Source: Vicugna vicugna | Taxonomy: Eukaryota | Length of the DNA stretch: 64,000 bases | Direction of reading: 5' to 3' | Assembly: GCA_013265495.1 (NCBI GenBank) | Contig: MU058221.1 | Span: forward strand, 5,378,066-5,442,065 | Part shown: positions 63,962-64,000 of the stretch, one piece after another | Numbering within the stretch: the stretch's first letter is position 1 | Layout of the letters: every line of letters starts with the position of its first letter | The notes under the pieces: generated by a model | The model's input: only the letters and a program-made list of their open reading frames with translations | What the model was told of the DNA's origin: nothing | Databases searched by the model: none | Translations under genes and position numbers: made by a program

Positions 63962-64000
63962 CCCCAGGTTAGCACCATCCAGATCAATACACAGACTATT

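Noticed and set aside
1..64000. CRISPR arrays, operons or a novel multi-gene system
   Set aside because: Repeat-rich mammalian DNA with no regularly spaced repeat-spacer array and no additional credible coding exons or processed pseudogenes recognised.

Overview
Mammalian genomic DNA, most likely camelid, judging from seven copies of a tRNA-Ala-derived vic-1-like SINE and cetartiodactyl-type L1 3' ends. The only host gene signal is the CpG-island promoter and first coding exon of ST3GAL5 (GM3 synthase) on the minus strand: ATG at 15252, donor after 15162, peptide MRTKAAGGAERRPLQPRPEAAAAAAAPAGR. Positions 1-15161 appear to be intron 1, because exon 2 was not found in the window. The ~49 kb to the right is upstream/intergenic sequence dense in L1, L2, MIR, LTR, DNA-transposon and simple repeats, with an 83-nt N gap. 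Almost all ORF-track entries are spurious or repeat-derived. I found no convincing new multi-gene system. The best leads are a uORF ending 1 nt before the ST3GAL5 M1 start, a 7-Ala GCG tract in exon 1, SINE+L1-tail composites, nested transposons and candidate enhancers. Repeat family names are recalled from consensus sequences, not from a database search, and most repeat boundaries are approximate.
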